Of a stretch of DNA of 64,000 nucleotides, positions 22,217-32,612 are shown one piece after another. The stretch is taken from positions 64,001-128,000 of the forward strand of contig JBFRWN010000124.1 of the NCBI GenBank assembly GCA_051439605.1. The letters are read 5' to 3'. Below the pieces are notes generated by a model that saw only the letters and a program-made list of their open reading frames with translations, had not been told where the DNA came from and did no database searches. The stretch comes from Synechococcus sp. (GTDB lineage: Bacteria; Cyanobacteriota; Cyanobacteriia; Thermostichales; PCC-7336). The position numbers and the translations under genes were made by a program. Each line of letters opens with the position of its first letter. Positions within the stretch are counted from its first letter, which is position 1.

Positions 22217-23305
22217 CTACGGCCCAAGCAACAGAGTGAAACTGTGGTCAACCTCTAGCGAATCGCCGGTATAGCAGCTGGGAAAATCGGGAAATCCTTG
22301 AAGACTTTTCACGCGATCTACTGCCGATCGATCTAAAGGTTCGTGCCCGCTGCTGGTAACGACCCGGATATTTTCAACCGTGCCGTTCCGCAATAGATCG
22401 TAGACTAATTGCGTTCTAAATCGACCTGAGCCCGGTGGCAACTCTCTCCCCGCCGGCTGCCATCCCCCCCGACCAAAGCTGCGCACATTCGCAAGATACA
22501 GGTCTAGAATTTGCTGGCAGACGGGACTCACTGGCACATCTGCTGGAGAGCGGGATACAATCTCGCGATCGGGATTGCACACATCCAGATCGATCAGGAT
22601 TTGCCGTTCTTCTTGCAGAATCTCTGCTGCTGCTGTCGACTCTATTTCTTCCAAATCGTCGTCAGGATGCAATCCCTCTAACAGCGAATCTGAGTCCAGA
22701 GCATTACAGCGATCGAACTCTTGAATCGATTCGACCTCTCCGTTGCGCACGATCGCCACTTGACCTGGCTGAAGCCTGCCAATTTCCACACGATCTAGGG
22801 TGTACAGCAAAGCCTCGCTGGTGAATGTTGCTACCTCCAGTACATCGTCCTCTCCTTCCCGTTGGCTATTCACCTTGAGCAAGCTCCCCTGCACCCCCGC
22901 CACAGCAGATGGTGTGACGATTTCAGCTCCACTGGCCCCTTGAGGTACAACTAAAACTCCGACTCCTTTTTCCAAAATCATCTGTCGGCTATCGGCCACA
23001 AATTCAAACAGTGAATTCTGTCCCACCCGCATCAAAGAGCGATCGTTAAAGATTGTTTGGGCTAGCGCTCTTGCTCCAGTAGCAAGCAGATCTCCTGGCA
23101 GCATTACATCTTCAACGGCTGCGTATTTGACCGGATCTGGCTTGAGTTCGACCGTCACTGTATTCACCAGTCGGTCGATGGTTGCTTCTGTCAGGGGTTG
23201 ATTGTCCTCTTGCGCCACAGCTAACCCGGAGAAACCAGCGATCGCACAGGTTAGCAGCAATCCTGCTAAAGGGACGGGGTGATGAGGAAAAGAGTGCAGA
23301 TCCAT
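22217..23305 (-). CDS. Exported FecR-domain protein with a C-terminal TonB_C-like domain
   Basis: Signal peptide AVA-Q; GDLLATG..A.AQ..FND.S..RVGQNS.F and I.TPSAVAGVQGS (FecR); NGTVENIRVVTSSG.EPLDRSAV..V...FPDFP (TonB_C). Confidence 0.75.
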   Translation of the reverse strand: MDLHSFPHHPVPLAGLLLTCAIAGFSGLAVAQEDNQPLTEATIDRLVNTVTVELKPDPVKYAAVEDVMLPGDLLATGARALAQTIFNDRSLMRVGQNSLFEFVADSRQMILEKGVGVLVVPQGASGAEIVTPSAVAGVQGSLLKVNSQREGEDDVLEVATFTSEALLYTLDRVEIGRLQPGQVAIVRNGEVESIQEFDRCNALDSDSLLEGLHPDDDLEEIESTAAAEILQEERQILIDLDVCNPDREIVSRSPADVPVSPVCQQILDLYLANVRSFGRGGWQPAGRELPPGSGRFRTQLVYDLLRNGTVENIRVVTSSGHEPLDRSAVDRVKSLQGFPDFPSCYTGDSLEVDHSFTLLLGP

Positions 23306-23571
23306 CGTTTGGAATGAGAGTCATTTGACACAAGTTTGACGTCTAAATCAATGGAAGGGTCAGGGGTCAAACTTTAGGGTCCTGCGTTTCAGTGTGCCAA
23401 ACGCTCTGGGTCAGCAGTAGATAAATGCATCTAAGCCACAAAACTATCTTGCTAAATCACAGGTAGGATCGAATTCGCGTCGCATCAGCACCTCTTCTTA
23501 TTTGAGAGAGCACTTGACCCCAACCCGCGATCGCGACTCCCTTATCTTCCCCTCAAGTGGACAACTCCCTT

Positions 23572-24924
23572 ATGGAATGGACGCAAGGCGCTGCCGTCAC
23601 CCTGTCAATAGACTCTCTTACCAACCGGGGAGATGGCATTGGCCACCTGGAGGGGCGGGCGATTTTTGTGCCCGACACCGTTCCTGGGGATGAAGTGCAG
23701 GTTCGGTTAGTGCGGGTCAAACCCACCCATGCCTTCGGCACCCTCAAGCGGGTGGTCAGCCCCTCTGGCGATCGCATCCAGCCGGCCTGCATGCTGGCCC
23801 AAAAATGTGGCGGCTGTCAGTGGCAACCGGTGGGCTATGCAGCTCAATTGGCCGCGAAAGAACAGTTGGTGAAGGATGCCCTCACCCGAATTGGTCATCT
23901 GGAACTGCCCGACAGCGAACCTATCTTGGCTGCGCCTTCCCCATTACGCTATCGAAATAAGGTGACGTATCCCATCGCTAAAGGCACTACCCAACCCCTT
24001 AAGGTGGGGTATTTCCGCAAAGGCAGCCACAAGCTAGTTAATGTCAATCAATGCCCCGTCCAAGACGAACGTCTCGACGCAGTTTTACAGACGGTCAAAG
24101 ACGGTCTGCAACAGGCTGGTTGGCCCCCCTACAACGAAACCAATCAAAAGGGTGAACTGCGCCACATCAGCCTAAGAGTGGGTCGCCGCACCGGCCAGAT
24201 CCTAATTACCTTGGTCTCCAAGACCGATCGCCTGCCAAACCTAGAAACCCTGGCAAAAGTCTGGATGGACACTATCCCCAACCTGCAGGGGGTGTGTCTC
24301 AACATCAACCCCAAACGCACCAATGCTATCTTTGGCCCGGAAACCTTTCTCGTCGCGGGCAAGCACGAAATCGAAGAAGAGTTTGCAGGACTAAAATTTG
24401 CCATCGACAGCACATCCTTTTTCCAGGTCTACACCGAACAGGCAGAGAACCTGCTCAATTGGGTGGGTTTGCAACTCGATTTAGACGGTAGTGAAACACT
24501 GATCGACGCTTATTGCGGCATTGGAACCCTGACACTGCCATTGGCAAAACGGGTGAAACAGGCGATCGGGATTGAATTAGTCCCCTCAGCAGTTGAACAG
24601 GCCCAGCGCAACGCTCAGCTGAATGGCATTGATAACGCTGCTTTCGTAGAAGGGTCAGTAGAGAAAATGCTGCCCTCCCTTCACGCGGCTGATATTATCT
24701 TGCTTGACCCTCCCCGAAAAGGCTGCGATCGCGAGGTATTGGATGTATTGTTAGAGCGCTCTCCGGCAACCCTTGTTTATGTCAGCTGCAATCCCGCAAC
24801 CCTAGCCAGAGATCTCGATATTCTGGTGAACCGCGGCTCCTACGAGATCGCCAGTCTTCGCACCGCCGACTTTTTCCCCCAAACCGCTCATGTGGAAACA
24901 GCTGTCATTCTGAAACGTAGTTGA
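23572..24924 (+). CDS. rlmD: 23S rRNA m5U1939 methyltransferase
   Basis: TRAM domain, CGGCQWQ Fe-S motif, SFFQV, DAYCGIG, LDPPRKG, YVSCNPATL, FFPQTAHVE. Confidence 0.95.
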   Translation: MEWTQGAAVTLSIDSLTNRGDGIGHLEGRAIFVPDTVPGDEVQVRLVRVKPTHAFGTLKRVVSPSGDRIQPACMLAQKCGGCQWQPVGYAAQLAAKEQLVKDALTRIGHLELPDSEPILAAPSPLRYRNKVTYPIAKGTTQPLKVGYFRKGSHKLVNVNQCPVQDERLDAVLQTVKDGLQQAGWPPYNETNQKGELRHISLRVGRRTGQILITLVSKTDRLPNLETLAKVWMDTIPNLQGVCLNINPKRTNAIFGPETFLVAGKHEIEEEFAGLKFAIDSTSFFQVYTEQAENLLNWVGLQLDLDGSETLIDAYCGIGTLTLPLAKRVKQAIGIELVPSAVEQAQRNAQLNGIDNAAFVEGSVEKMLPSLHAADIILLDPPRKGCDREVLDVLLERSPATLVYVSCNPATLARDLDILVNRGSYEIASLRTADFFPQTAHVETAVILKRS

Positions 24925-24945
24925 TTGTTTTCGGTGAAACAGAGC

Positions 24946-25914
24946 CTAAGCCTCAGCTGCAACCTGTTGTCGCTGCGGCAAGGTTTCCCAAGGGGTGATT
25001 CCCAACTGCTGGAAGAGGGCGGCATCGGCGCTGTCACCAGGGTTGTCAGTGGTGAGCAGCTTCTCACCGGTGAAGATGGAGTTAGCCCCTGCCATCAAAC
25101 AGAGAGCTTGATCGGCTGCGGTCATGTTGGTTCGCCCTGCAGACAGCCGCACGATCGCCTGGGGCATCAAGATTCTGGCCGTGGCAATGGTCCGAGCCAT
25201 GTCTATCGCGCTGACTACTGGTCGATCGCTGAAGGGAGTTCCTTCCACTGGAACCAATGCATTTACAGGCACAGATTCTGGCTGTGGATCTAGATTCGCC
25301 AGCGTATGCAGCAGGTCAATTCGGTCTCGTTCCGATTCCCCCATCCCCAAAATGCCACCGCAGCACACCTGAATACCGGCAGCCGAGACCGCTGCGATAG
25401 TTTCTAGGCGATCGCGGTAGGTGCGGGTGGAAATGATTTCGGGATAGTAGCTTTCGGAGGTGTCGAGATTGTGGTTGTAGGCAGTTAGCCCCGCCTCTGC
25501 TAATTTCTGGGCCTGATCGGGACGTAACATTCCCAGCGTGACACAGGCTTCCATGTCTAGCTCTACGACAGTGCGCACCATGTCTAGGATGCGATCGAAT
25601 TCTTCGCCATCGGGGACTTTGCGCCAAGCAGCCCCCATGCAAAATCTTGTGGAACCATTGGCCTTGGCGGCCCGTGCCTGCGCCTGAAGTTCATGCAAAG
25701 GCAGTAGGGGATAGTCTTCGGCAGGGGTATCGTAACGAGCGCTTTGGGGACAGTATTTGCAGTCCTCCGGACAGCGGCCAGATTTGATATTGGCCAAGGT
25801 ACAGAGCTGAACAGAATCCGGTTGGTGGTTTTGACGATGCACCGTCTGGGCCTCGTACAGCAACGAGGTGAATGGTTGGTTGTAGATCTGTTCAACACGT
25901 TCCAATGAAACCAA
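24946..25914 (-). CDS. bioB: Biotin synthase
   Basis: CPEDCKYCPQS radical-SAM motif, YNHNLDTS, VRLSAGR, GANSIF.G; TTG start with GGAG RBS. Confidence 0.97.
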   Translation of the reverse strand: MVSLERVEQIYNQPFTSLLYEAQTVHRQNHQPDSVQLCTLANIKSGRCPEDCKYCPQSARYDTPAEDYPLLPLHELQAQARAAKANGSTRFCMGAAWRKVPDGEEFDRILDMVRTVVELDMEACVTLGMLRPDQAQKLAEAGLTAYNHNLDTSESYYPEIISTRTYRDRLETIAAVSAAGIQVCCGGILGMGESERDRIDLLHTLANLDPQPESVPVNALVPVEGTPFSDRPVVSAIDMARTIATARILMPQAIVRLSAGRTNMTAADQALCLMAGANSIFTGEKLLTTDNPGDSADAALFQQLGITPWETLPQRQQVAAEA

Positions 25915-26014
25915 GAAAACTGCTCCCTTCAAAGCCCCGCTATTGTACCTCTCACGATTGGCGAGTCCATATTTTCCGCCATTCTCTGCATAAGGTTTTA
26001 CCCAAGGAAAAGCA

Positions 26015-26030
26015 TGCTGTTTAAACAGCA
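26015..26030. promoter_or_regulatory. Perfect 16-bp palindrome upstream of bioB
   Basis: TGCTGTTTAAACAGCA. Confidence 0.4.
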
Positions 26031-26055
26031 AAGCAGCACCCTAACGAGTGCTGCT
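26023..26055 (-). terminator. Terminator-like hairpin on the minus strand upstream of bioB
   Basis: Minus strand AGCAGCACTC-gtta-GGGTGCTGCT followed by TTGCTGTTT. Confidence 0.45.
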
Positions 26056-26336
26056 GGGAACTGAATGTCTAAATCAAGCTTGCTGAGTGTTAACGTTTGC
26101 CGCAGATAGATGTATTTTCAAGCAGTGCTGCGGCTCTATTTAAAAGGATTTCTCGTCACTTATCGGAGGAGTTCAGTGACCATAGGACTGTCGCCCCCCC
26201 TGTGTATGGGTACGTATGGGCTTCCACGCAGCTTCTTTGGTTCGTTATGGAATTATCGTGGATCCCACTGTGGAGTGTCTTGGGGGGGAGATGGCATCTT
26301 ACATTCATAAGCTAAACCTCAAAAATTCAGAAACTA

Positions 26337-26543
26337 ATGAAAGCCCAAAAACTCCGTCGAATCGTAGACACTGTTACCGCGACTCAGACTTTCTCTCTCG
26401 AATTGGAAAATACGTTGAAGGGTTTGATGGCGGGTCAGCGATTTAACGATTTAGAAGTCTCTATTCTGAATAAACTGTTAGTCATGTTGGAATCCGGTAG
26501 CATTGCAATTGAATCTCAATTGATGGTTCCAGCTGCTGCCTAA
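26337..26543 (+). CDS. Small hypothetical protein (68 aa)
   Basis: ATG start in an intergenic gap; helical pattern resembling small cyanobacterial hypothetical proteins. Confidence 0.65.
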   Translation: MKAQKLRRIVDTVTATQTFSLELENTLKGLMAGQRFNDLEVSILNKLLVMLESGSIAIESQLMVPAAA

Positions 26544-26628
26544 GCCCACAATGTGCTTCAGCTCTGTTCGTGCTTGCTTCGTTAGTCCTTAACAGCTATG
26601 GCCGAATGTATGAATGCTCTTGAGCTGC

Positions 26629-27609
26629 TTAACCACCAATTTGTGACATCGTGCGGCTGTAGCGTTGCCCGCTTGTGCCCCGTTCTCGCTCAACAAAATT
26701 GATGTCAGCTTTATCCAGCAGGAAAGTTTTTATTCTAGCCTGCAAGTTAGCGGCTGACTCTCCGTTGCGTAGTGCCGACTTTAAATCTATTTGACCGGTC
26801 TCGTTCAAGAGGCAGGGCCTTAGCCAGCCATCTGCAGACAACCGAATGCGATTGCAATTATCGCAAAAACATTCCGACATCTGGCTAATGAATCCTAAGG
26901 TTCCTTTGGCACCAGGAATGCGGAAGATATCAGCTGGCCCGTTGCCATGGATTGTGGCAGTTTCCAGTCCAAATTTTGTCTTGATGCGCTGTCGCAAGTG
27001 TTCGGAATCAACCCAACCGCGATCGCCGAACAACAGTTCGTTGCCAATGGGCATAAATTCGATAAATCGCACGTGCCAGGCTTTCTCTATGGAGAGTGCG
27101 GCTAGGTTCTCCACCTCGCGATCGTTTACCCCCGGAATCACAACCACGTTTAACTTGAGCGGATCGAATCCCACCCTGTGGGCTGCTAGAATCCCTCCCC
27201 AGACCTTATTCCACAGGCTTCGCCCAGTAATCTGATGAAAGGTCTCGGCATCAAGGGAATCTAGACTGATATTGATCCGTTGCAGACCTGCTTCGTAGAG
27301 TTCCTGTGCTCGCTCTTCCAACACGTAGCCATTGGTGGTCATAGCCAGGTCAGACACCCCATTGAGTTGAGAAATATCGCGCACTAAGTCCACCACATCT
27401 CGCCGCAGGAGGGGTTCTCCACCGGTGAGGCGAAACTTATCAAACCCCAGTGGAATAAAGACGTCTTTCAGCAGGTAAAGTAACTCGTCGTTTGAGAGCA
27501 ATGTTTCTTGCTCCAGCCAGTCCATTTCCTCGTCCCCAGGCATGCAGTACTGACAGCGAAAATTGCAGCGGTCAATCAGGCTTATGCGCAGGTAATTGAC
27601 GTCTTTCAT
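26629..27609 (-). CDS. moaA: GTP 3',8-cyclase (Moco biosynthesis)
   Basis: [39 protein letters not shown]-terminal MSQIGG. Confidence 0.98.
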   Translation of the reverse strand: MKDVNYLRISLIDRCNFRCQYCMPGDEEMDWLEQETLLSNDELLYLLKDVFIPLGFDKFRLTGGEPLLRRDVVDLVRDISQLNGVSDLAMTTNGYVLEERAQELYEAGLQRINISLDSLDAETFHQITGRSLWNKVWGGILAAHRVGFDPLKLNVVVIPGVNDREVENLAALSIEKAWHVRFIEFMPIGNELLFGDRGWVDSEHLRQRIKTKFGLETATIHGNGPADIFRIPGAKGTLGFISQMSECFCDNCNRIRLSADGWLRPCLLNETGQIDLKSALRNGESAANLQARIKTFLLDKADINFVERERGTSGQRYSRTMSQIGG

Positions 27610-27834
27610 CCGGAAACGCCAACAATGGCGAAGTGAAGTAGTCCTCATTGTGGCTTCACAACTTCTTAACAGCAAATTCAGATATGGGGGTTGCAGGAGG
27701 TTACGGCGATTGTCAATTTGCTGCTTTGAAAGCGATCGTCATGTCGCTGAGGAAATGTCAGCTATCCAACCCCTGACTGGATGAGGCTATCGTCGTCCTG
27801 TCTGAAATGGCCACAGCAATGCGGGATGCTTGGG

Positions 27835-28476
27835 TTAAAACCTCTGTTGATGGAGATCGATATCATGTTCGAGCCGTTCGAATTCTGCTAGCAATGCGAT
27901 GTCCATGTGGGATAGTTTCGCTAATGCGCTTAATTCATCCTGCTGGCTTTCAAGGGTTTGCTGAGCATTTTGCAGGCAATCGCCCGCTTGGGCCAAGGCA
28001 GAATGACTGTCTAGATGGGCGGCTTTGGCCTGGTTAAAAATGCGCAGTTGCTGCAATTGTTCGAGTTCGTTGTGATAACGCTGTAATTTATGGCGCAGCT
28101 GGTGCAGGGTCCGTTGCATGGCATGCCACTCTTGTTCTGCCGCTTCTACAGCGGCTTTCAGCTTGGGTACGGTGGCCTCTAACTGACGAATACGGCTGAC
28201 CAGCTGATGGGTGGTTGAGGTGTAACCTGTTGTGGCCATCTCCTGCAGTTGGCAATCGCACTGCTGGAGTTCCTGTACCTTGACTAAGTACTGTTGTTCT
28301 AACCTTCGGTAAGCCTGCTCTTGAGTGGCGGCGGCCTGTTCTAGGGCGATGGTGGAGGATTGCAGTTTTCGATTCGCCGCCTCTGAAGCGGAGATTGCCT
28401 TTGAACTTTTGCGACGACACCGAGATACTGCCGTTTGCGATCTGCCGAAAAGACGTTCGATCCACTCCACCAACAT
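27835..28476 (-). CDS. Coiled-coil protein, PspA/IM30-like (divergent)
   Basis: N-terminal amphipathic WIERLF, long Q/E/L-rich heptads, C-terminal AEFERLE. Confidence 0.55.
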   Translation of the reverse strand: MLVEWIERLFGRSQTAVSRCRRKSSKAISASEAANRKLQSSTIALEQAAATQEQAYRRLEQQYLVKVQELQQCDCQLQEMATTGYTSTTHQLVSRIRQLEATVPKLKAAVEAAEQEWHAMQRTLHQLRHKLQRYHNELEQLQQLRIFNQAKAAHLDSHSALAQAGDCLQNAQQTLESQQDELSALAKLSHMDIALLAEFERLEHDIDLHQQRF

Positions 28477-28855
28477 GCTTTCTACGCTCGCCTCGTTATC
28501 GGACACACCACACCATTGGGTGCAAGGCATTGGCCAGCAGGCAATTCACTAGGGTCGTTGCGAGAACCGATGGTCTCAAAGCATATTTGCGCTGCAGGTT
28601 ACCCGAGGCAAAGTTTAGCCAAATTCCTGCATTGAGGTAGGAGTTTGCATCACAATTCACCCCGCGAAATACGCAGGCTTGGTCAAGGTTTTTGTCATTC
28701 TTGACGGTATTGAGCACCCTCAGTACAGTCAAGGTGTTTCTGCTCCCGGACTCAAAATAGCGATCGGGTTGCCTAGCGATTTGCGTTCGCAAACCTTCAT
28801 GAAGTCCGATAGTGCCTGTCAAAATACACTTCCCCGCATATCAAACTAACCGTTT

Positions 28856-30163
28856 ATGCAAAGCCGAATTGTTTTGCCCATTGCGATCGCCAGTCTTTCA
28901 ATGGGGCTGGTTTTTGGTTCTCTCGCATTGCTGGAGCGTAACCGAGTTTTCACACTCAAGCTGGCCTCGGGGGGGGAGCAGGGGCAGTATTATGCCTTTG
29001 CCACAGCGTTGGCAGCAGTGGTGGAAAAGCACCATCCTAAAATTCAAATTGAGGTGCTGGCCACCCAGGGCTCGGTGCAAAACATGCAGATGTTGGAAGC
29101 CGGACAAGCCCAGTTAGTTCTAGCGCAAAACGATACGCCAGCCACCGAATCCGCAAGGGCGGTAGCGTCTTTATTTCCAGAGATGTTGCATGTGGTGGCG
29201 GCCGCCGACAGCGGCATCGAAACTTTTGGAGATTTGAGAACAAAGCGGGTGGCCCTGATGCCCGAGGGGAGCGGTTCCTATGCGTTGTTTTGGCAATTGG
29301 CCGGACATTACGGCATCACTCCAGAGAATTTAGATTACATCCCGTTGCCACCCGAAGAGGCCGATCTCGCTTTGCTGAATGGGGAGGTGCAGGCTCTATC
29401 GAAGGTGTTGGCCTTGGGCAATGCCAGCATGGCGAAATTTTTACAAAGCAGCCAAGCCAGCCTGATAGAGGTCGAGCAGGTGGAAGCCCTGCGCTTGACG
29501 CAGCCATTATTGACGCAGGAGGTGTTTCCAAAGGGGGCCTATAGCGGCGATCCGCCAATTCCTGTTCGGGACACTCTGGCGGTGGCGGTGCAGGCGGTGC
29601 TGCTGGCGGCAAATACTGTTGACCCCCAAATTGTGAATGTTATTACTCAGACAATCAACCAGCACCGCAGTGAATTGATTGCCCTGCATCCAGTGTCTGC
29701 GGCGATCGACTTGCCCACCTCAAGCCTGAACTTTGGTGTACCGGTTCACGTAGGCGCCCAAAGCTACTACAGCCAAGATCGACCTAGTTTTTTGGTCATC
29801 TATGCCGAGACCATCGGTCTGATTGTTTCTGTGTCCGTGTTGGTGGCCTCTAGTGCTTGGCAGGTGCATCAGCGGTGGTTGATGCGGCAGAAAAACCGGG
29901 CCGATCGCTACAACTTAGAAATTATGGCCCTGCTAGATAAGGTTTATTCCTCCCAATCTGCTGAACAGTTAGAAGAATTGCGTATGCAGCTGTTCGACAT
30001 CCTCAAACAAGTGGTTGAGGATTTGGACTTAGACCGTATTACTGCTGAGTCGTTTGAATCGTTTACATTTCCGTGGGGGATCGCGATTACTGCCATTCGC
30101 CATCGGGAATCGGTTTTATTTGGCAAAGAGAGTCCAGCCGCCATACCTCCAACCCTGTTTTGA
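28856..30163 (+). CDS. TAXI-family solute-binding protein with C-terminal TM and cytoplasmic helical domain
   Basis: LASG..QGQYY, T.GSVQN, ASLFPEMLHVV, GSGS, PVHVGA..YY; TM segment near residue 320. Confidence 0.85.
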   Translation: MQSRIVLPIAIASLSMGLVFGSLALLERNRVFTLKLASGGEQGQYYAFATALAAVVEKHHPKIQIEVLATQGSVQNMQMLEAGQAQLVLAQNDTPATESARAVASLFPEMLHVVAAADSGIETFGDLRTKRVALMPEGSGSYALFWQLAGHYGITPENLDYIPLPPEEADLALLNGEVQALSKVLALGNASMAKFLQSSQASLIEVEQVEALRLTQPLLTQEVFPKGAYSGDPPIPVRDTLAVAVQAVLLAANTVDPQIVNVITQTINQHRSELIALHPVSAAIDLPTSSLNFGVPVHVGAQSYYSQDRPSFLVIYAETIGLIVSVSVLVASSAWQVHQRWLMRQKNRADRYNLEIMALLDKVYSSQSAEQLEELRMQLFDILKQVVEDLDLDRITAESFESFTFPWGIAITAIRHRESVLFGKESPAAIPPTLF

Positions 30164-30259
30164 GGGGACGAATCCGCTATGCCAAGAAATGCTACTGGAC
30201 GGAGGAATGGCAGAATTTAGGCATTACCCCTACCCCCACTGCCTTTGCCCCCCATTGCC

Positions 30260-31375
30260 ATGCACCAATCCTTTCGCTTTGCGATCGCCAGCGATTTGCA
30301 CATTGCCTTGCCCCACACCATTCACCCTCAGCCGGGTCGCTTTCACCTGCTGGAAGTCAGCATTCCTGCCTGGGAACGGGTGCTTGAGGAATTAGCTGCC
30401 TACGATCTAGATTTCATGATTTTGCCGGGGGATTTAACCAAAGATGGCGAACCTGAAAATCATGAATGGCTGCTAAACAGCTTGAACGCACTCCCGTTTC
30501 CCGTATTTTTGATTCCAGGAAATCACGACATCCGCTCCCCTCAAACGTCAGAGCATTCCATCGGGCTATCGGACTTTGCCCACTATTATCGCGATTACGG
30601 TTACGGTCATCCCAGCCAGCTCTACTATACGTGCAGCCCCGTTCCCGGCGTTCGCCTGATTGCCCTCAATTCCACGATGTTCGATTGTAACGGACAGCAG
30701 TTGGGGCGCTTGGATGACGCTCAGCTGCTGTGGCTGGAGGAAGTCCTGGAATACTTAGGCAACGAATTGGCGATCGTGGTGATTCACCACAATGTGTTGG
30801 AGCATTTACCCAACCAATCCAAACATCCCATGGGGCGGCGTTACATGTTGGATAATGCCCGGCAACTGCGCCAGATGTTAAAAGATGCAGGGGTTCATCT
30901 GATCCTGACTGGTCATCTGCACGTTCAAGATATTGCTCGAGATGGCTCCCTGCATGAAATCACCACAGGCTCCCTAGTGAGCTATCCCCATCCCTTTCGT
31001 ATTCTGGAAGGCTCTGTGGCAGACAACGGCGATCGCCTGCTCTCGGTTAACTCCCATCGGGTGCAGATTGTGGATGGCTGGCCCGATCTGCAAACCCACT
31101 CCCGCCAGTCAATGGGGAAATCCAGTTTGAAATTTATCCTCAGTCTGTTAACCGAGCCCCCCGTTTCTATGCCGGCAGCCGAGGCCCGAAAATTTGCGCC
31201 GGATTTGCAGGATTTTTGGCCCGCGATTGCTGCTGGAGACGCCCAATTTCACTTCCCTACCATGCCTCCCGCCGCTCGCAAACTTTTGGAAGCCTTTAGT
31301 GCTCCTGCAGACAGTCCTGGGGACAACGACACCGTACTGAGGTTTGCATCCCCCATTCCGCTAAGCCGGTTGTAG
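30260..31375 (+). CDS. Calcineurin-like metallophosphoesterase
   Basis: SDLH, PGDLT.DG, PGNHD, IHHN, TGHLH. Confidence 0.92.
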   Translation: MHQSFRFAIASDLHIALPHTIHPQPGRFHLLEVSIPAWERVLEELAAYDLDFMILPGDLTKDGEPENHEWLLNSLNALPFPVFLIPGNHDIRSPQTSEHSIGLSDFAHYYRDYGYGHPSQLYYTCSPVPGVRLIALNSTMFDCNGQQLGRLDDAQLLWLEEVLEYLGNELAIVVIHHNVLEHLPNQSKHPMGRRYMLDNARQLRQMLKDAGVHLILTGHLHVQDIARDGSLHEITTGSLVSYPHPFRILEGSVADNGDRLLSVNSHRVQIVDGWPDLQTHSRQSMGKSSLKFILSLLTEPPVSMPAAEARKFAPDLQDFWPAIAAGDAQFHFPTMPPAARKLLEAFSAPADSPGDNDTVLRFASPIPLSRL

Positions 31376-32332
31376 CGAGCGGCGGGGAATTTCGTAGGTG
31401 AGGCGATCGCGGGCCATTAGCGTATTGGGGAAAATCGCTTGCGCTTCAGCCTGCAATTCTTCCAACGAGATCGGGGCCTCAGGACCGTAACGAGGACTGA
31501 AGTGGGTCAGCATCAGTGTGTCAACATTGGCTTCGCAGGCCACTTGAGCGGCCATCGCGGCAGTGGAATGTTTGGCCCGTTTGGCCAGATGAAGGTCCGG
31601 TTCAGCGAAGGTGGCTTCGTGAATGAGTAGGTCAGAGGCCCGGGCGAGATCGATCGCGTTACGGCAATAGATTGTATCGGTGCAGTAGGCCAGTTTGCGA
31701 CCGGGGAGATCTGCTCCCACATAATCCCGTCCGTCGACTGTCCGACCGTCTTCCAGCTGAATCGTCTCGCCGGCTTTCAAGCGTCCGTAAATGGGGCCGG
31801 GGGGGATATTGTCTGCTTTGGCTTTGGCAAGGTTGAAGGTGCCGGGGCGATCGCGCTCTACAATCCGGTATCCAAATGCTTGGACTCGGTGGTCGAGGGG
31901 GGCGCTGTACACTTGATACTCTCCCTCATCTAAGATCAAGCCCGTTTCGACACCGTGAATGCGGTAAGGATAGTTAATCCGGCTCTCGCTCCAACGCAGT
32001 ACCCCCTCTAAATAGTCTTTTAGGCCGGAGGGACCGTAGATGTCGACTTCGTGCGGGACGTTACTCATCCCTAAGGTGGAGAGCAACCCAGGTAATCCGT
32101 AGATGTGATCCCCGTGCATGTGAGTGATGAAAATCCGGCGGGTTTGGTTGGAGTTGAGCAGAGGGTTGCGCAGAATCTGATGCTGAGTCGCTTCTCCGCA
32201 GTCGAGTAACCACATTTCCGATCGCTGCGGCAGCTGCAGGGCAATTCCCGAAACATTTCGACCTCTTGTGGGGACTCCCGAGCTGGTGCCCAAAAACGTT
32301 ACCCGCAAGGCTGTCGGGTCGCGATCGCTCAT
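31361..32332 (-). CDS. rnz: Ribonuclease Z
   Basis: FLGTSSGVPT, DCGEATQ, THMHGDH, exosite PPGP.YG.LK, HEATF, HST, THFSPRY. Confidence 0.98.
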   Translation of the reverse strand: MSDRDPTALRVTFLGTSSGVPTRGRNVSGIALQLPQRSEMWLLDCGEATQHQILRNPLLNSNQTRRIFITHMHGDHIYGLPGLLSTLGMSNVPHEVDIYGPSGLKDYLEGVLRWSESRINYPYRIHGVETGLILDEGEYQVYSAPLDHRVQAFGYRIVERDRPGTFNLAKAKADNIPPGPIYGRLKAGETIQLEDGRTVDGRDYVGADLPGRKLAYCTDTIYCRNAIDLARASDLLIHEATFAEPDLHLAKRAKHSTAAMAAQVACEANVDTLMLTHFSPRYGPEAPISLEELQAEAQAIFPNTLMARDRLTYEIPRRSLQPA

Positions 32333-32479
32333 AACGCCCTGAAAAATCTGCTTTTCAATCCTAAGGTATGGCGATTGCCTGCGATATAGCTTTTGCCATC
32401 CGAGTTAAAACCGAAAGGGTTGTGTCCAGTCACAGACCTGGACTTCTGAGGTGTTCTGTATGACTTGACAGTCGCAATA

Positions 32480-32511
32480 GTCACAGAATCCTCAACATTC
32501 CTGTTTACAAC
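32480..32511 (+). promoter_or_regulatory. Candidate promoter motif STCAC-N6-CTCA-N11-(-10) upstream of USP
   Basis: GTCAC agaatc CTCA acattcctgtt TACAAC; same spacing recurs at 37542 and 42371. Confidence 0.45.
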
Positions 32512-32612
32512 AGATATGGAGGGGTAGCGGGAGAGATGGTTTGCCCTCAAGGATTGCGTCTCCGTTATCTCCTCCTCACGATGCGTCTCTGCAGAAGCCG
32601 TGCGAGGTTCTT

